Shown: positions 27,313 through 37,825, counted from the first letter of the stretch. The stretch: DNA of 42,342 bases from Candidatus Woesearchaeota archaeon (GCA_016180275.1 JACPBN010000007.1:1-42342); one strand, 5' to 3'. Notes: generated by a model from the sequence alone, not told the origin. Translations and numbers: made by a program.

Positions 27313-28533
27313 ATGCTGAACGAATATTTCAATCTTGCATTAAAGAATCTGCTGAAAAGAAAGCTGAGAAGCTGGCTGACTATGATAGGCATCTTCATAG
27401 GCATTGCTGCAGTTGTATCTTTAATCGGATTAGGACAAGGGTTAAGAAATGCTGTTATCGGGCAGTTCAGTTTTCTTGGGACAGACTTTATTACAGTGCA
27501 GGCAGGTGGAGTGCAGTTTGGGCCTCCAGGCAGTGGAGTCGTTAAGCCGCTTACAAAAGATGATGTCGAAGATCTGAATGATGTAAATGGAGTGAAGTTT
27601 GCAATTGGCAGACTTATCAAGACAGGCAAGACTGAGTTTGATGATAAGGTAAGCTTCAATTTTGTAGGAAGCATGCCAGATGGTGAGCAAAGAAAAGAAG
27701 TTGAGAAGATTCTCGGCATTAAGGCAGAGAAAGGAAGATTGTTGAAAGATGGAGACAGGCTTAAGGTTGTAGTTGGAAACCATCTGCTGAACAAAGACCA
27801 TTTGGGAGAGAAGCTGAAGATAGGGAGCAAGATTCTTGTGCAGGGTAAGCAGTTTGAGGTAGTAGGGATATTAGAGAGCAGAGGCAGTTTTATCATCGAT
27901 ACTGTTGTTTTTATGAACATTGATACTATGAGAGAAGTATTTGACAAGAAGGATGATGTGAGCGCAATCCTTGTAAAGACAAGAGACGGAGCTAACATGA
28001 ATATTGTCAAAGAGAATATTGAGAAAGTCCTTAGAAGGACAAGAAAAGTAGATGAGGGAGAGGAAGATTTTAGGGCTGAGCTTGCTGCCAATAATCTCGC
28101 TGCATTAGATTCTACATTATTTGCAGTGCAGCTTTTTGTCTATATAATTGCAGGAATATCTTTAGTAGTGGGAGGCATAGGGATAATGAACACGATGTAC
28201 ACTGCAGTTATCGAGAGGACTAAAGAGATAGGAATAATGAAGAGCATAGGCGCAAAAAACGAGGATGTGTTTATTCTGTTCTTTTTTGAATCAGGATTAT
28301 TAGGGATGGTGGGAGGGATAATAGGCATAGGCATTGGAGTTGGATTAGCAAAAGGCCTTGCATACATCGGAAGCTTGCAGCTGGGGAGCAATCTGATACA
28401 AGCAAATATTTCATTTGGTTTAATTGTTGGCGCATTGCTGTTTTCGTATTTAATTGGAAGCCTTGCAGGAATATTGCCTGCAGTTCAGGCGAGCAAGCTA
28501 AGCCCTGTTGAGGCGCTGAGGTATGCGAAATGA
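27313..28533 (+). CDS. ABC transporter permease (MacB/FtsX family)
   Basis: RKLRSWLTMIGI.IGI, GIMNTMYTAVIERTKEIGIMKSIGA, PVEALRY. Confidence 0.93.
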   Translation: MLNEYFNLALKNLLKRKLRSWLTMIGIFIGIAAVVSLIGLGQGLRNAVIGQFSFLGTDFITVQAGGVQFGPPGSGVVKPLTKDDVEDLNDVNGVKFAIGRLIKTGKTEFDDKVSFNFVGSMPDGEQRKEVEKILGIKAEKGRLLKDGDRLKVVVGNHLLNKDHLGEKLKIGSKILVQGKQFEVVGILESRGSFIIDTVVFMNIDTMREVFDKKDDVSAILVKTRDGANMNIVKENIEKVLRRTRKVDEGEEDFRAELAANNLAALDSTLFAVQLFVYIIAGISLVVGGIGIMNTMYTAVIERTKEIGIMKSIGAKNEDVFILFFFESGLLGMVGGIIGIGIGVGLAKGLAYIGSLQLGSNLIQANISFGLIVGALLFSYLIGSLAGILPAVQASKLSPVEALRYAK

Positions 28534-29744
28534 AAGCAGATTATTTCAAATATGCAATTGATAATCTATTGCACAGAAAGATGCGAAGCTGGCTTACTGT
28601 GCTCTCTATACTTATTGGAATAACAGCAATATTTGCGCTAGTGAGCTTTGGGCAAGGGCTTAGCAGCTATGTTGATAATATCAGCAATGAAGCTGGCAGA
28701 GATAAGCTTTTGTTCCAGAGCAGCAGAATGCAGGCTCCAGGAGCAGATGATACATTCTTCCTCAAGAAAGAGGAGATTGACTTTTTGAGAAAAGTAAACG
28801 GAATAAAAGAGGTTGCTGCTACTTATATCAAGGTTGCAGAAACAGAGTTTGACAAGCAGAAAAAATATGTGTTTATATTTGGCATCAGGCAGAATGAGGA
28901 ATATAAGCTTGTTGAAGAAGCATTCACATTAAAATTAGATAAAGGAAGGAAGCTAAAGCACGGAGATAAGTTTGATATTGTGCTTGGATATAATTATCAG
29001 CTACCGAATAAGATCTTCAAGAAACAGATAGGATTAAGAGACAAAATAAAGATCAATGGCAAGGATTTTGAAGTTGTTGGGTTCTATAAATCTATAGGAA
29101 ATCCGCAGGATGACAGTAACATATATCTCACAGATGAGGCATTTGAAGAGCTTTATCCTTCGCTTGTTGACAAATTTCAGTTTAGCATTGCGAGAAGCGA
29201 GAAAGAAACTGCAACCAAAGAGCTTGCAGAATTTGCTGAAGATAAGCTAAGAAGATTCAAAGGCCTTGACAAAGGAGAAGAGGATTTTTCTATCCAGACA
29301 TTCCAGCAGGCAGTTGAGACTTTTACAAACATACTGAATGTCATCAATGCTGTGCTTGTCTTGATTGCATTAATCTCTCTTTTAGTTGCAGGAGTAAATA
29401 TAATGAACACGATGTATACTGCCGTATTAGAGAGAACTCAAGAGATTGGTGTGATGAAGGCAGTAGGTGCGCAGAATAAAGATATAATGCTGATATTTTT
29501 GCTTGAGTCTGGGATGCTAGGGTTGATAGGCGGAGTTCTTGGTGTTGTTTTTGGTTATCTGATTGCAAGCATCGGCGGACAGATAGCTGTGAGTTATGGG
29601 TATGCTATTTTGCAGCCAGTGTTTAGCTGGATGCTTGTTGTTGGATGTTTAGGATTTGCTTTTTTCATCGGTGCAATCGCTGGATTACTGCCTGCAAGAC
29701 AAGCAAGCAGATTGAGGCCAGTGGATGCGCTTAGGTATGAGTAA
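28530..29744 (+). CDS. ABC transporter permease (MacB/FtsX family)
   Basis: RKMRSWLTVLSI, NIMNTMYTAVLERTQEIGVMKAVGA, PVDALRYE. Confidence 0.93.
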   Translation: MKADYFKYAIDNLLHRKMRSWLTVLSILIGITAIFALVSFGQGLSSYVDNISNEAGRDKLLFQSSRMQAPGADDTFFLKKEEIDFLRKVNGIKEVAATYIKVAETEFDKQKKYVFIFGIRQNEEYKLVEEAFTLKLDKGRKLKHGDKFDIVLGYNYQLPNKIFKKQIGLRDKIKINGKDFEVVGFYKSIGNPQDDSNIYLTDEAFEELYPSLVDKFQFSIARSEKETATKELAEFAEDKLRRFKGLDKGEEDFSIQTFQQAVETFTNILNVINAVLVLIALISLLVAGVNIMNTMYTAVLERTQEIGVMKAVGAQNKDIMLIFLLESGMLGLIGGVLGVVFGYLIASIGGQIAVSYGYAILQPVFSWMLVVGCLGFAFFIGAIAGLLPARQASRLRPVDALRYE

Positions 29745-29848
29745 TCTTTATATACTTGAATTTATTATTTGTTGATATTGTATTGTTATAAATTTTTTAT
29801 TAAGATTTCAGTTTAAGATTTTAATAGTATAAAAAAGAGGGCGATAAG

Positions 29849-31171
29849 TTGGTAGAACTAAATGTATTCTTGAATTTCCTGATAGCAATGGCTTTAGGGG
29901 CAATGGTAGGGTTTGAAAGGGAGATTGGGCAGCTAAAAAGCGTTGCCAAGGAATTCGCTGGATTGAGGACATTCATACTTATTTCTCTGCTTGGCGCGAT
30001 CACTGGTTACCTTGCAAATGTGAGCAATTCTAATATATTATTTATTGTTGCTTTAGCAGGAGTCTTTTTTATTACGATTGCAGGATATACAGTAACTAGT
30101 TTTGTGTATAAGAAAGTAGGCGCGACTACTGAGGTAGCAGCATTGCTTGTCTTTCTATTGGGTGCAATGACAACAACCGGATTTAGAGAACTTGCGATAA
30201 TATTTACGATAATCGTTACTGTTGTTCTTGCAACAAGGCCAATTTTAGCTGGATTTGTAAAGAGAGTAGATACAGCTGAGATATATGCTACTTTGGAGCT
30301 TGCAGTAATATCTTTAGTTATTCTGCCTTTTCTTGCAAACAAAAGCTATTCTCCGCTTGATGTGCCTATATTAGCAGATATAATCAAAGTCATGCCGTTC
30401 TTTTCAATTGAAATGGTTGCGCAGCTTGCTGTTTTTAATCCTTATAAAATCTGGCTTATGATTGTGTTTATTTCTGCACTAAGCTTTGCAGGGTACATAT
30501 TGATAAAAATTGTCGGAACAGAAAAAGGCATTGGGCTGACAGGATTTTTAGGAGGCATAGTGTCAAGCACAGCTATTACAACCAGCTTGGCGCAGGAAAG
30601 CAAAAGAACAACTGCTGTTTTCAGGCCATTTGTGCTTGGAGTTGTGATTGCTTCTTCCACAATGTTTTTGAGAGTAATGCTTGAAGTTCTTGTAGTAAAT
30701 AATTCATTAATAAAATTTGTTGCACTGCCGCTTGGCATAATGGCATTAACAGGTTTCATCGCTGCGTTTGTCGTCTGGCAGAAAGAAAAGAGCGAGCCAA
30801 AAAAGCACATAGATTTCAAAAGCCCATTTGCATTATTGCCAGCGATCAAATTTGGGCTGTTTTTTGCATTTGTATTATTTGCTGCAAAATTGGGGCAGAT
30901 ATTGTATGGCAGCAAGGGTATCTATCTTGCTTCATTGCTTTCTGGGTTAGTTGATGTAGATGCTATCACATTAAGCATGTCTAGCTTGGCATTAGCAGGA
31001 GATATATCTTCAAAAGTGGCTGTTACGGCTATCACTATTGCAGTGTCTAGTAATACGATAGTCAAGGGAGGGATTGCTTATTTATTTGGAGCTCGAGAGT
31101 TTGGGCTGATGATAATGAAGATATTTGGGCTGATATTATTGCTTGGGTTGGCTAGTACGCTACTGCTTTAG
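29849..31171 (+). CDS. MgtC/SapB + DUF4010 membrane protein
   Basis: GFERE, AGLRTF, GATTE, GGIVSSTA, GLVDVDAI. Confidence 0.88.
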   Translation: MVELNVFLNFLIAMALGAMVGFEREIGQLKSVAKEFAGLRTFILISLLGAITGYLANVSNSNILFIVALAGVFFITIAGYTVTSFVYKKVGATTEVAALLVFLLGAMTTTGFRELAIIFTIIVTVVLATRPILAGFVKRVDTAEIYATLELAVISLVILPFLANKSYSPLDVPILADIIKVMPFFSIEMVAQLAVFNPYKIWLMIVFISALSFAGYILIKIVGTEKGIGLTGFLGGIVSSTAITTSLAQESKRTTAVFRPFVLGVVIASSTMFLRVMLEVLVVNNSLIKFVALPLGIMALTGFIAAFVVWQKEKSEPKKHIDFKSPFALLPAIKFGLFFAFVLFAAKLGQILYGSKGIYLASLLSGLVDVDAITLSMSSLALAGDISSKVAVTAITIAVSSNTIVKGGIAYLFGAREFGLMIMKIFGLILLLGLASTLLL

Positions 31172-31229
31172 ATAGGTAATGAGGATATTGATTATAAGTG
31201 GATAATTATTTGGATGCAGTGAACATAAA

Positions 31230-31808
31230 ATGAACATCTTTGATGCAGTTGCCTTATTGTCCATCAGTTATATTTTTCCATTGCCTTTCTGGTGGTTTGT
31301 AATACATTCTAAGTTTCTGGCTTTAAGAAAATTTGGACTTGGCTTTCATATTATGATCATGGCCATTTGGGTGATGATAGGCATAATTCTCTTCAAATAC
31401 TCTTTTAAGATATTGGCTTATCGCTTAGAGACAAGATACACATTTTTTGCTGGGATCTTATTAACATGCCTAGTTGTTTTTATTGACCTAAAAAGGCAGC
31501 AGGATTTCTCATTCACGACCATAATCGGATTGCCTGAAGTTTTGCCTAAAAAATACAAAAGCAAGCTTATAACTCAAGGTGTCTTTAGTTATATCAGGCA
31601 TCCACGGTATTTAGAATACATATTGTTTGCTTTGGCGATGGCATTTGTTACAGGGTCAGTGATTTGTTATCTGTTCTTCATTTATACGCTTGTTGCATTT
31701 AATTTTCTTGCAAGATTGGAAGAGAAAGAGCTTATCCAGAGATTTGGGAAGAAGTATCTTGCTTACATGAAGAGAGTGCCGAGGTTTTTGCCGGGATTAC
31801 GTGCATAA
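31230..31808 (+). CDS. Isoprenylcysteine carboxyl methyltransferase (ICMT/PEMT) family
   Basis: LITQGVFSYIRHPRY, EEKEL..RFG..Y..Y.KRVPRFLP. Confidence 0.88.
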   Translation: MNIFDAVALLSISYIFPLPFWWFVIHSKFLALRKFGLGFHIMIMAIWVMIGIILFKYSFKILAYRLETRYTFFAGILLTCLVVFIDLKRQQDFSFTTIIGLPEVLPKKYKSKLITQGVFSYIRHPRYLEYILFALAMAFVTGSVICYLFFIYTLVAFNFLARLEEKELIQRFGKKYLAYMKRVPRFLPGLRA

Positions 31809-31820
31809 TAAATAGCTAAT

Positions 31821-32837
31821 CTATCTTTTCATACCCTCGCAAATAGTGCCGAGACTCATCAAGCATGACAGACCGAGTAGGGATGATTCATCATTGGGTC
31901 CTAATATCTCTTCTTTGGCATGTGCATATGCAGGTTGGATCGCTGAAAGATAAATCAAAGCTGTGGGTATTGCTCTAATCAAAAACAACTGCTTTATATC
32001 TCTGTAGGCAAATGAACTAGACTTTTCAGGATCGTGCTCAGCTGAACAGTAAGCTCCTAAAGGGATAGGCCCTGTGTTATTAACAGGTAAAAATCCGTAA
32101 TTTTCTCCTAGTCCATTTTGTATAGCAGATGCTGCGGTGTCATAGTAGATTGCGTTCATTATTCCAGCTGAAAATTTTCGCAATGGTAAAGGCCAGCCTA
32201 TTCCTAATCTGCCTCCTTTATGTTTTGCTCTAACTCTATCAAAGTATAAAGCAATTTTTTCATTCATTTCTGATTTTAAATGAGCTAATCGGGTTTCATC
32301 TTCTGTGAAGCCCATAAGTACACCAAAGTCGGATATTGCTTGTCTTTTATTTTTAAGTAAATCACTATATTTTAATGGATGTTGTCTTGCAGCCACTTTA
32401 ATTTCTTCAACAAGCTCAGCTATAGACACAGATCTATCTGGATTAATATCTTGTATAAGTGAAGAATAGAGTTCTACCACTGTATCCCAAAAGCCAGAAT
32501 AATTTAATGCCACTAGCCCACATATTCTTGCTTGTGTTTGTGAAGAGAATGGTAATTGGAGATTTATTTTGGAAACACTATTTGCAAATCCGTGAACTTT
32601 ACCTTTCACATCTTCTATTCCTTTTCCTGCTCCAAATTCATCAAACATTTTTCTATACACCGCAAGCATTCTCCCTGTTGCATTTCCAAGAGAGTATGCA
32701 AACAATTTACCTAAGATTCCGATATTTTCAGGCATAGCTGCTGAACATGCATGATAATCATTAACCTTTGCTTCTAGCAGTTCCTCAACAATAACGGTTC
32801 CATCTTCAGTTATGTCTGTCATTTTTATTATCCCCAT
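31821..32837 (-). CDS. Hypothetical protein
   Basis: 338 aa ORF, no recognisable motif. Confidence 0.65.
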   Translation of the reverse strand: MGIIKMTDITEDGTVIVEELLEAKVNDYHACSAAMPENIGILGKLFAYSLGNATGRMLAVYRKMFDEFGAGKGIEDVKGKVHGFANSVSKINLQLPFSSQTQARICGLVALNYSGFWDTVVELYSSLIQDINPDRSVSIAELVEEIKVAARQHPLKYSDLLKNKRQAISDFGVLMGFTEDETRLAHLKSEMNEKIALYFDRVRAKHKGGRLGIGWPLPLRKFSAGIMNAIYYDTAASAIQNGLGENYGFLPVNNTGPIPLGAYCSAEHDPEKSSSFAYRDIKQLFLIRAIPTALIYLSAIQPAYAHAKEEILGPNDESSLLGLSCLMSLGTICEGMKR

Positions 32838-33005
32838 AATCTATAAATATGCTTATGACTCAATTTTGTACGTTTATCCTCATCATCTATTTTAATCCCC
32901 GGAGAGTAAAAACTCGATGTAGTTAATATATCCTCGGTTTCAAAAACTGCAACTTTAAGTTTCAGAGCAAAAAGCTTAAAAACTATAGGGCATTAACAGC
33001 CAAAG

Positions 33006-33827
33006 ATGTATGTAAAAACAATATTTCCGCAGAAAGACACGATAAGCACACTGATCATTGCAGTCTTAAGCAGGAATTATCCTCTTTCTAAGATGAAGCT
33101 CTTTAACACGATAAAGTCAGAGCACAAGAAGAATATAACGTATCAGGGCGTGTCAAAAGTTGTCGGGCAACTGGCTGAAGAAGGCATACTGCAAAGACAA
33201 GGAAAGGAATATGCCTTAAACAGTGAGTGGATCAATAATCTCCATAAATTCAGCCAGGAATTAAAGGGAAATTACACCAAAGGAAAGTTAGGGTTGATAG
33301 ATAAAAACACGACAGAAGCCACATTCTATACAGTGGGAGAGTTTATTGATTTTACATTTAATAATCTTAACACAGATTTCCTTGGTTGCGAGAAAGGCAA
33401 AAAAATAGCATTGCAATTAAGAAATATCGGATTTATGCCTGTTTCAAGAGCCCATATAGCGCATCTGAAAAAATTCATGGAAACAAATGAGATGTATGTT
33501 GCAGTCCAGGGAAATACAATAGTAGATAAGACCTTATCAAAGTTTCTCAAATCTTTTGGGATTAAAGTTAAGTTAGGGGCTGACTGCGCAAAAGACTCAT
33601 TAGTTCTTGTTACTGAAAATTGCTTAGTTAATATTTATGAGTCAGACGAGCTAAGAAAAGAGCTTAGGTCAATCTATCATGATGCCAAAGGCCTTAAAGA
33701 CCAAAAGCTGATGGGCTTTTTCAGGGATATCTTGTTTAAGCAGTACACATATCATGTAACATTTAACAGAAATAAGGAGCTGGCTGCCAAAATATTAAAG
33801 CAGACACTTGCATTTTTTGAGAAATGA
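33006..33827 (+). CDS. Hypothetical protein with N-terminal winged helix
   Basis: YPLS...L.N.IK....K.ITYQGV.K....L.EEGIL.....Y.LN.EW. Confidence 0.7.
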   Translation: MYVKTIFPQKDTISTLIIAVLSRNYPLSKMKLFNTIKSEHKKNITYQGVSKVVGQLAEEGILQRQGKEYALNSEWINNLHKFSQELKGNYTKGKLGLIDKNTTEATFYTVGEFIDFTFNNLNTDFLGCEKGKKIALQLRNIGFMPVSRAHIAHLKKFMETNEMYVAVQGNTIVDKTLSKFLKSFGIKVKLGADCAKDSLVLVTENCLVNIYESDELRKELRSIYHDAKGLKDQKLMGFFRDILFKQYTYHVTFNRNKELAAKILKQTLAFFEK

Positions 33828-33875
33828 TGATGATATTTTGTTTTTTTAGCTAATGCAATAAAATCCTATAATCTG

Positions 33876-34301
33876 CTATTTCTTTCTCATTGTTATTATC
33901 TTATACCCAAATATCCTGCTCAGAAAGAGGTTAAACAGATTCTCTCTGATGCGAAAAAGGAGACTCATCTTGTCTGTTTTCTTAAATCCGCATTTTTTAT
34001 ATAACTTCTCAAGCTTTGAGTCACACTGTAAGAAGAGATCTGAATCTGTTGTTGATAAAACTTTTTTTACCAATTTTTCCGCATAACCTTTGTTCCTGTA
34101 TCCAGGATAAGTATAAGCTGTCTTTAATTCGTAAAATCCATCATATTTTTTCAGGGTCAAGAAAGAGATGATACTTCCCTTTTTTATCATATAAACTTCA
34201 GAATTAAAGAGGATCACTGATGGGTCAAGGGGCGGAGAATTCTTTAAGATTGTCGCCATTAATCCAGGATGTTTCCAAAGCTTTGATTTTGTTATCTTCA
34301 T
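33876..34301 (-). CDS. GNAT-family acetyltransferase
   Basis: YTYPGYRNKGYA motif A; LYKKCGF. Confidence 0.85.
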   Translation of the reverse strand: MKITKSKLWKHPGLMATILKNSPPLDPSVILFNSEVYMIKKGSIISFLTLKKYDGFYELKTAYTYPGYRNKGYAEKLVKKVLSTTDSDLFLQCDSKLEKLYKKCGFKKTDKMSLLFRIRENLFNLFLSRIFGYKIITMRKK

Positions 34302-34321
34302 TGTTGTTATCTTTATTATGA

Positions 34322-34939
34322 TTATTTGCGTTTTGCAATGAACACTTTAAACACATCAGTCCAGCCTGTTGTATGCTCTTCAACGATCTTAAACCCTGCA
34401 TTTAAAATATCTGATTTAGTGTCTCTTGTCATATCAGAGCCAATCACTAATCTGCTAAACGGCTCCATGACATATTGGTGCAGTTTTATCAACCAATTCT
34501 TGCTTAATACGTGCGCAATGACAATCATCCTGCCATTTTTCTTCAAGACTCTTTTTGCTTCCTTCAATGCAGCAACTGAATCCTTAACAGAACAGCAGTA
34601 GATAAACACCACAACAACAGCATCAAAAGAACTTTTTTTAAGCATCGATAAGTCCTGCGCATCTGCATGGATGAAAGTGTAGTTTTTTTTATCTGAAACG
34701 GTTTTTTTTGCGAGCTCTAACATCTTTTTCTCAAAATCAAGGATGGTTACCTTTGCGCCTTTTGAATAATATCTGTAATTGCCTGCGTCTCCAACACCTA
34801 TATCAAGAACTTTGCCTTTGAGCTTAGGAAGAAGCTTCTTCCTCAAGGATTCTAAATCAATAAGGCCAATATGCCTAAATAAGCCATAAATTATCCTGTA
34901 CATATGCAGGTTTCTTGAATTCTTTATCAATTCACGCAT
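34322..34939 (-). CDS. Class I SAM-dependent methyltransferase
   Basis: VLDIGVGDA, DAQDL, SFDAVV, RVLKKNG. Confidence 0.88.
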   Translation of the reverse strand: MRELIKNSRNLHMYRIIYGLFRHIGLIDLESLRKKLLPKLKGKVLDIGVGDAGNYRYYSKGAKVTILDFEKKMLELAKKTVSDKKNYTFIHADAQDLSMLKKSSFDAVVVVFIYCCSVKDSVAALKEAKRVLKKNGRMIVIAHVLSKNWLIKLHQYVMEPFSRLVIGSDMTRDTKSDILNAGFKIVEEHTTGWTDVFKVFIAKRK

Positions 34940-34959
34940 TTTATTGTTTCTTAATCTTC

Positions 34960-36195
34960 TTATGCTCTCTTCTTCCTTATAAACTCCCTTTCCAATCTTC
35001 TATGATATCTCCAGTGTGAGATCTTGTTCCATAGGATTATAGTCAATCCTGCGCCAATACTCTCAGTTGAGCCAACTGCTGCTAAAACCCAACCATTGTA
35101 CATTAAACCGGAAACTGCAGCGATTATGCCAGTAATAGGCGCTAATGAAGAGCCAATCAATAATCCCAATCTTGCAGGGTTAGTAAAATCCTGCCTTAAC
35201 GCTTCAATTACTTTCTCCCATCTTGTATGAGGCTTTAATTTCCTTTCTTTTATAAGCGTTTCAACACTGTGATAATACATGCTGATGCTGAGTATGGCAG
35301 TTGTCAATGAAAGAGCAACGCTGCTAAGGCCAAACAAAATGCCTGCAAATATAATGTGACCTGAAACAAAAAAATGCTCGACTTTGTAAGCACCATATGT
35401 TGCAAGAATAAAAACAGGCACAAGAATCTTTAATCTCTTTAACAAGAATCGCCATGAAAATCCAGAGCCGCGGAGAGCCATTAATTCTGCAGATTCGCCC
35501 AACAAATCATCTGCGCTTGCAGCAAATATCTTTCCAAAGCCATGTGAATATTTCTCAAGAATGTGGGCAATTGGACCGACAAACAACATTGCTTTTATTA
35601 TGTTTTGGGCAATTGCAGTCCTTTCATGGGCATTATCGCTGATAATCCTAAAAATAATATAGTCAACTGCCAACTGATAAAGAATCTCATTTAAATGCGC
35701 GACAAAATCCTGCTCGTGCTTTGTGATGCCTGAATTATTTATGTCAATCAAGACTACCTGCTTGAACTTTGTCTTGTACCTAAGGATTGTGTTCAGATCT
35801 TTGTCCAAATCAACCTTATGGGCTTTTGCATGATTATAATCGTTTTCAGTGAATATTGGCTTTTTGCCTTCTTTTAACAATTGAGGAAGCCATGTTGTGA
35901 TGCAGAAATGCTGGCTATTGATGCTGATATCAGAAACTGCTTTCAACAAAGCATCTGGTGTTCTTTCAAATATTCTTACGCCAATAGCTTTGCCTTCTTC
36001 TATAACTTGTATTAGCTTTTCCCTGTTATGAGGAGTCTCTTTCAGAATATACTTAATCTCGTCTGGCAGATATTTTTCATTCTTTGGAGTCAATTCTTCA
36101 GGGATAGAGATCACTTTAAGGGCATAATTATCATCTTCTCTTATGCCTTCTTTCTTAAGAAGATTATCAATTCTGGTTTTTATTGATTTGAGCAT
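34960..36195 (-). CDS. Hypothetical membrane protein (soluble N-terminus, several C-terminal TMs)
   Basis: 411 aa ORF at the head of an apparent operon with the MTase and GNAT. Confidence 0.7.
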   Translation of the reverse strand: MLKSIKTRIDNLLKKEGIREDDNYALKVISIPEELTPKNEKYLPDEIKYILKETPHNREKLIQVIEEGKAIGVRIFERTPDALLKAVSDISINSQHFCITTWLPQLLKEGKKPIFTENDYNHAKAHKVDLDKDLNTILRYKTKFKQVVLIDINNSGITKHEQDFVAHLNEILYQLAVDYIIFRIISDNAHERTAIAQNIIKAMLFVGPIAHILEKYSHGFGKIFAASADDLLGESAELMALRGSGFSWRFLLKRLKILVPVFILATYGAYKVEHFFVSGHIIFAGILFGLSSVALSLTTAILSISMYYHSVETLIKERKLKPHTRWEKVIEALRQDFTNPARLGLLIGSSLAPITGIIAAVSGLMYNGWVLAAVGSTESIGAGLTIILWNKISHWRYHRRLEREFIRKKRA

Positions 36196-36249
36196 TATTT
36201 ATGATGAAGCAACAACCTTTTTATATTTATCTCTTATTAGCGCTTTTTT

Positions 36250-36414
36250 ATGAAATGCGAACTATGCAAGAAACAGCTAGAAGAATTGTTTTTGAAGAAG
36301 ATAAAAGGCACTTATATCAAAGACAGCAAAGGCAAGAAGCATGCTGTATGCTTTGAATGCCAGAAGAATCTTGGGAATGATAAAGAGGAGATACTGAAGA
36401 AGATGGGAGTCTGA
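36250..36414 (+). CDS. Small Zn-binding protein (54 aa), missed by the ORF track
   Basis: MKCELCKKQLEELFLKKIKGTYIKDSKGKKHAVCFECQKNLGNDKEEILKKMGV*; two CxxC pairs; TATA-like element upstream. Confidence 0.75.
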   Translation: MKCELCKKQLEELFLKKIKGTYIKDSKGKKHAVCFECQKNLGNDKEEILKKMGV

Positions 36415-36420
36415 GAATTT

Positions 36421-36466
36421 ATAGATGATTATTAATAATTCATATAGATGATTATTAATAATTCAT
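36421..36466. repeat. Perfect 2x23-bp tandem repeat
   Basis: ATAGATGATTATTAATAATTCAT twice, upstream of tRNA-Thr. Confidence 0.85.
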
Positions 36467-36491
36467 TTTTGTTTCAAGTGATTTCATATTT

Positions 36492-36564
36492 GCCCTTGTA
36501 GTATAGCGGTTAATACGGCACTTTCGTAAAGTGCATATCCCAGGTTCAAATCCTGGCAAGGGCT
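36492..36564 (+). tRNA. tRNA-Thr(CGT)
   Basis: GCCCTTG/CAAGGGC acceptor, GCACT-TTCGTAA-AGTGC anticodon arm, CCAGG-TTCAAAT-CCTGG T-arm, followed by a T-run. Confidence 0.95.
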
Positions 36565-36607
36565 TTTTTTATTATCATTATCATCATTATCTCTCTATTT
36601 TAGTAAA

Positions 36608-37012
36608 ATGCAGCCAACAAATAAAGACCACAAACTGGCTTTATGCCCAAAGTGCAATGCATGGATCAATTATACGCCTATCTCTGGCATACATCTCTCT
36701 GCATTGACCAGGAAGTTTGGGTTAAGCACTACATATTTCAACAAATGCCATAAATGTGGGTATATGCCAACACACAAAGAGCTTGAGCAAGGGCATAAAA
36801 TAATTGAGCATGCGTATCATACTCCTGAAGGCAAGAAGATAACTTCTGACTTTAAGGCATATAATGACAAATACCTTGCAATATATAAAAAATTGCAGGC
36901 AAAAGAGATCTCAGAGACGGTGTTTGATAAATATGAAAAGATCTTTAAGGAGGAATTCAAAGAGCTCTGCAGTAAGCAGGAAGAGTTCAATGGGAAGATT
37001 GTGTTTAAGTGA
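36608..37012 (+). CDS. Hypothetical Zn-ribbon protein
   Basis: CPKC...CHKCGY. Confidence 0.65.
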   Translation: MQPTNKDHKLALCPKCNAWINYTPISGIHLSALTRKFGLSTTYFNKCHKCGYMPTHKELEQGHKIIEHAYHTPEGKKITSDFKAYNDKYLAIYKKLQAKEISETVFDKYEKIFKEEFKELCSKQEEFNGKIVFK

Positions 37013-37059
37013 GATATTGATTTTTTCTGAGATTGAATTTAAGAATATGAGATAATGTA

Positions 37060-37395
37060 TCAATGAACAAGGCTCTTCTCTAACTTCTGTTTCTTAATCT
37101 CTTTATCAGAAGCAAGGCTTGTCATATTGTCATATAACTTAATAAGGGCTTTAATGAACTCATTATCAAGATTTAATCTATACAATTGCATGTTGCCAAA
37201 TTTTTTTGCTGGCAGAATGATTTTGTTTTTTAACAGCTCATCAATCATCCTATAGAATGTGGCTCTTCCGATTTTTGCCTGCTCTGCTATATCGCTGATG
37301 GAATACTCTAACTCTCTGCCTGTTATCAGCATATCCAATACCCTGATCTTTGGCGAGTCTCCCAAAAACTTCACAAATAAAGTTGTTTCTTCCAT
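37060..37395 (-). CDS. HTH/wHTH DNA-binding protein
   Basis: GDSPKIRVLD.L, YSISDIAEQAKIGRATFY. Confidence 0.8.
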   Translation of the reverse strand: MEETTLFVKFLGDSPKIRVLDMLITGRELEYSISDIAEQAKIGRATFYRMIDELLKNKIILPAKKFGNMQLYRLNLDNEFIKALIKLYDNMTSLASDKEIKKQKLEKSLVH

Positions 37396-37515
37396 CTGCA
37401 ATAGAAAGATGTGCTAGTATTTAAATGTTTCGTTTTGAGACAGTGATGTATTAGTTTGATACAGCTAGTTAATAACAGAAAAATATTAATAAATAGGTAG
37501 TTCTCTAGCAGTATA

Positions 37516-37776
37516 ATGGACATCCTCTCACTCCAAAAATTCTTTTTAAGAAAACTGAGAAATTTCTCTCCGCCTAAATGAGGCGCTTCCCATACAGAAG
37601 AAAGAAATCTCTTTAAAGGATTGCCAAAGCATCTTATCGGAAGAAAAGAGACTAAAGATGCATTGGCTGAACTGTATAAGATAGGCTTTATCAACAGATA
37701 TAAGAAAACCTATGAAGTTCATGTCTCTCTTAATATCGAGAAGAAGAAAGAGATTGAAAGATTACTTGAAGAATAA
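37516..37776 (+). pseudogene. Small basic protein gene interrupted by an in-frame TGA (37579-37581)
   Basis: MDILSLQKFFLRKLRNFSPPK*GASHTEERNLFKGLPKHLIG...EVHVSLNIEKKKEIERLLEE*; reading frame continues cleanly past the stop. Confidence 0.6.
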
Positions 37777-37825
37777 AGAAAGTGGGCTGCTGCGACGCTT
37801 ATCGCATATATTTTTAAGAGCTTTA

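Noticed and set aside
37579-37581. Genome-wide TGA-to-Trp recoding
   Set aside because: TGA terminates many intact genes here (hyfB, hyfC, hyfE, secF-region neighbours such as pyrG) and Trp is encoded by TGG elsewhere
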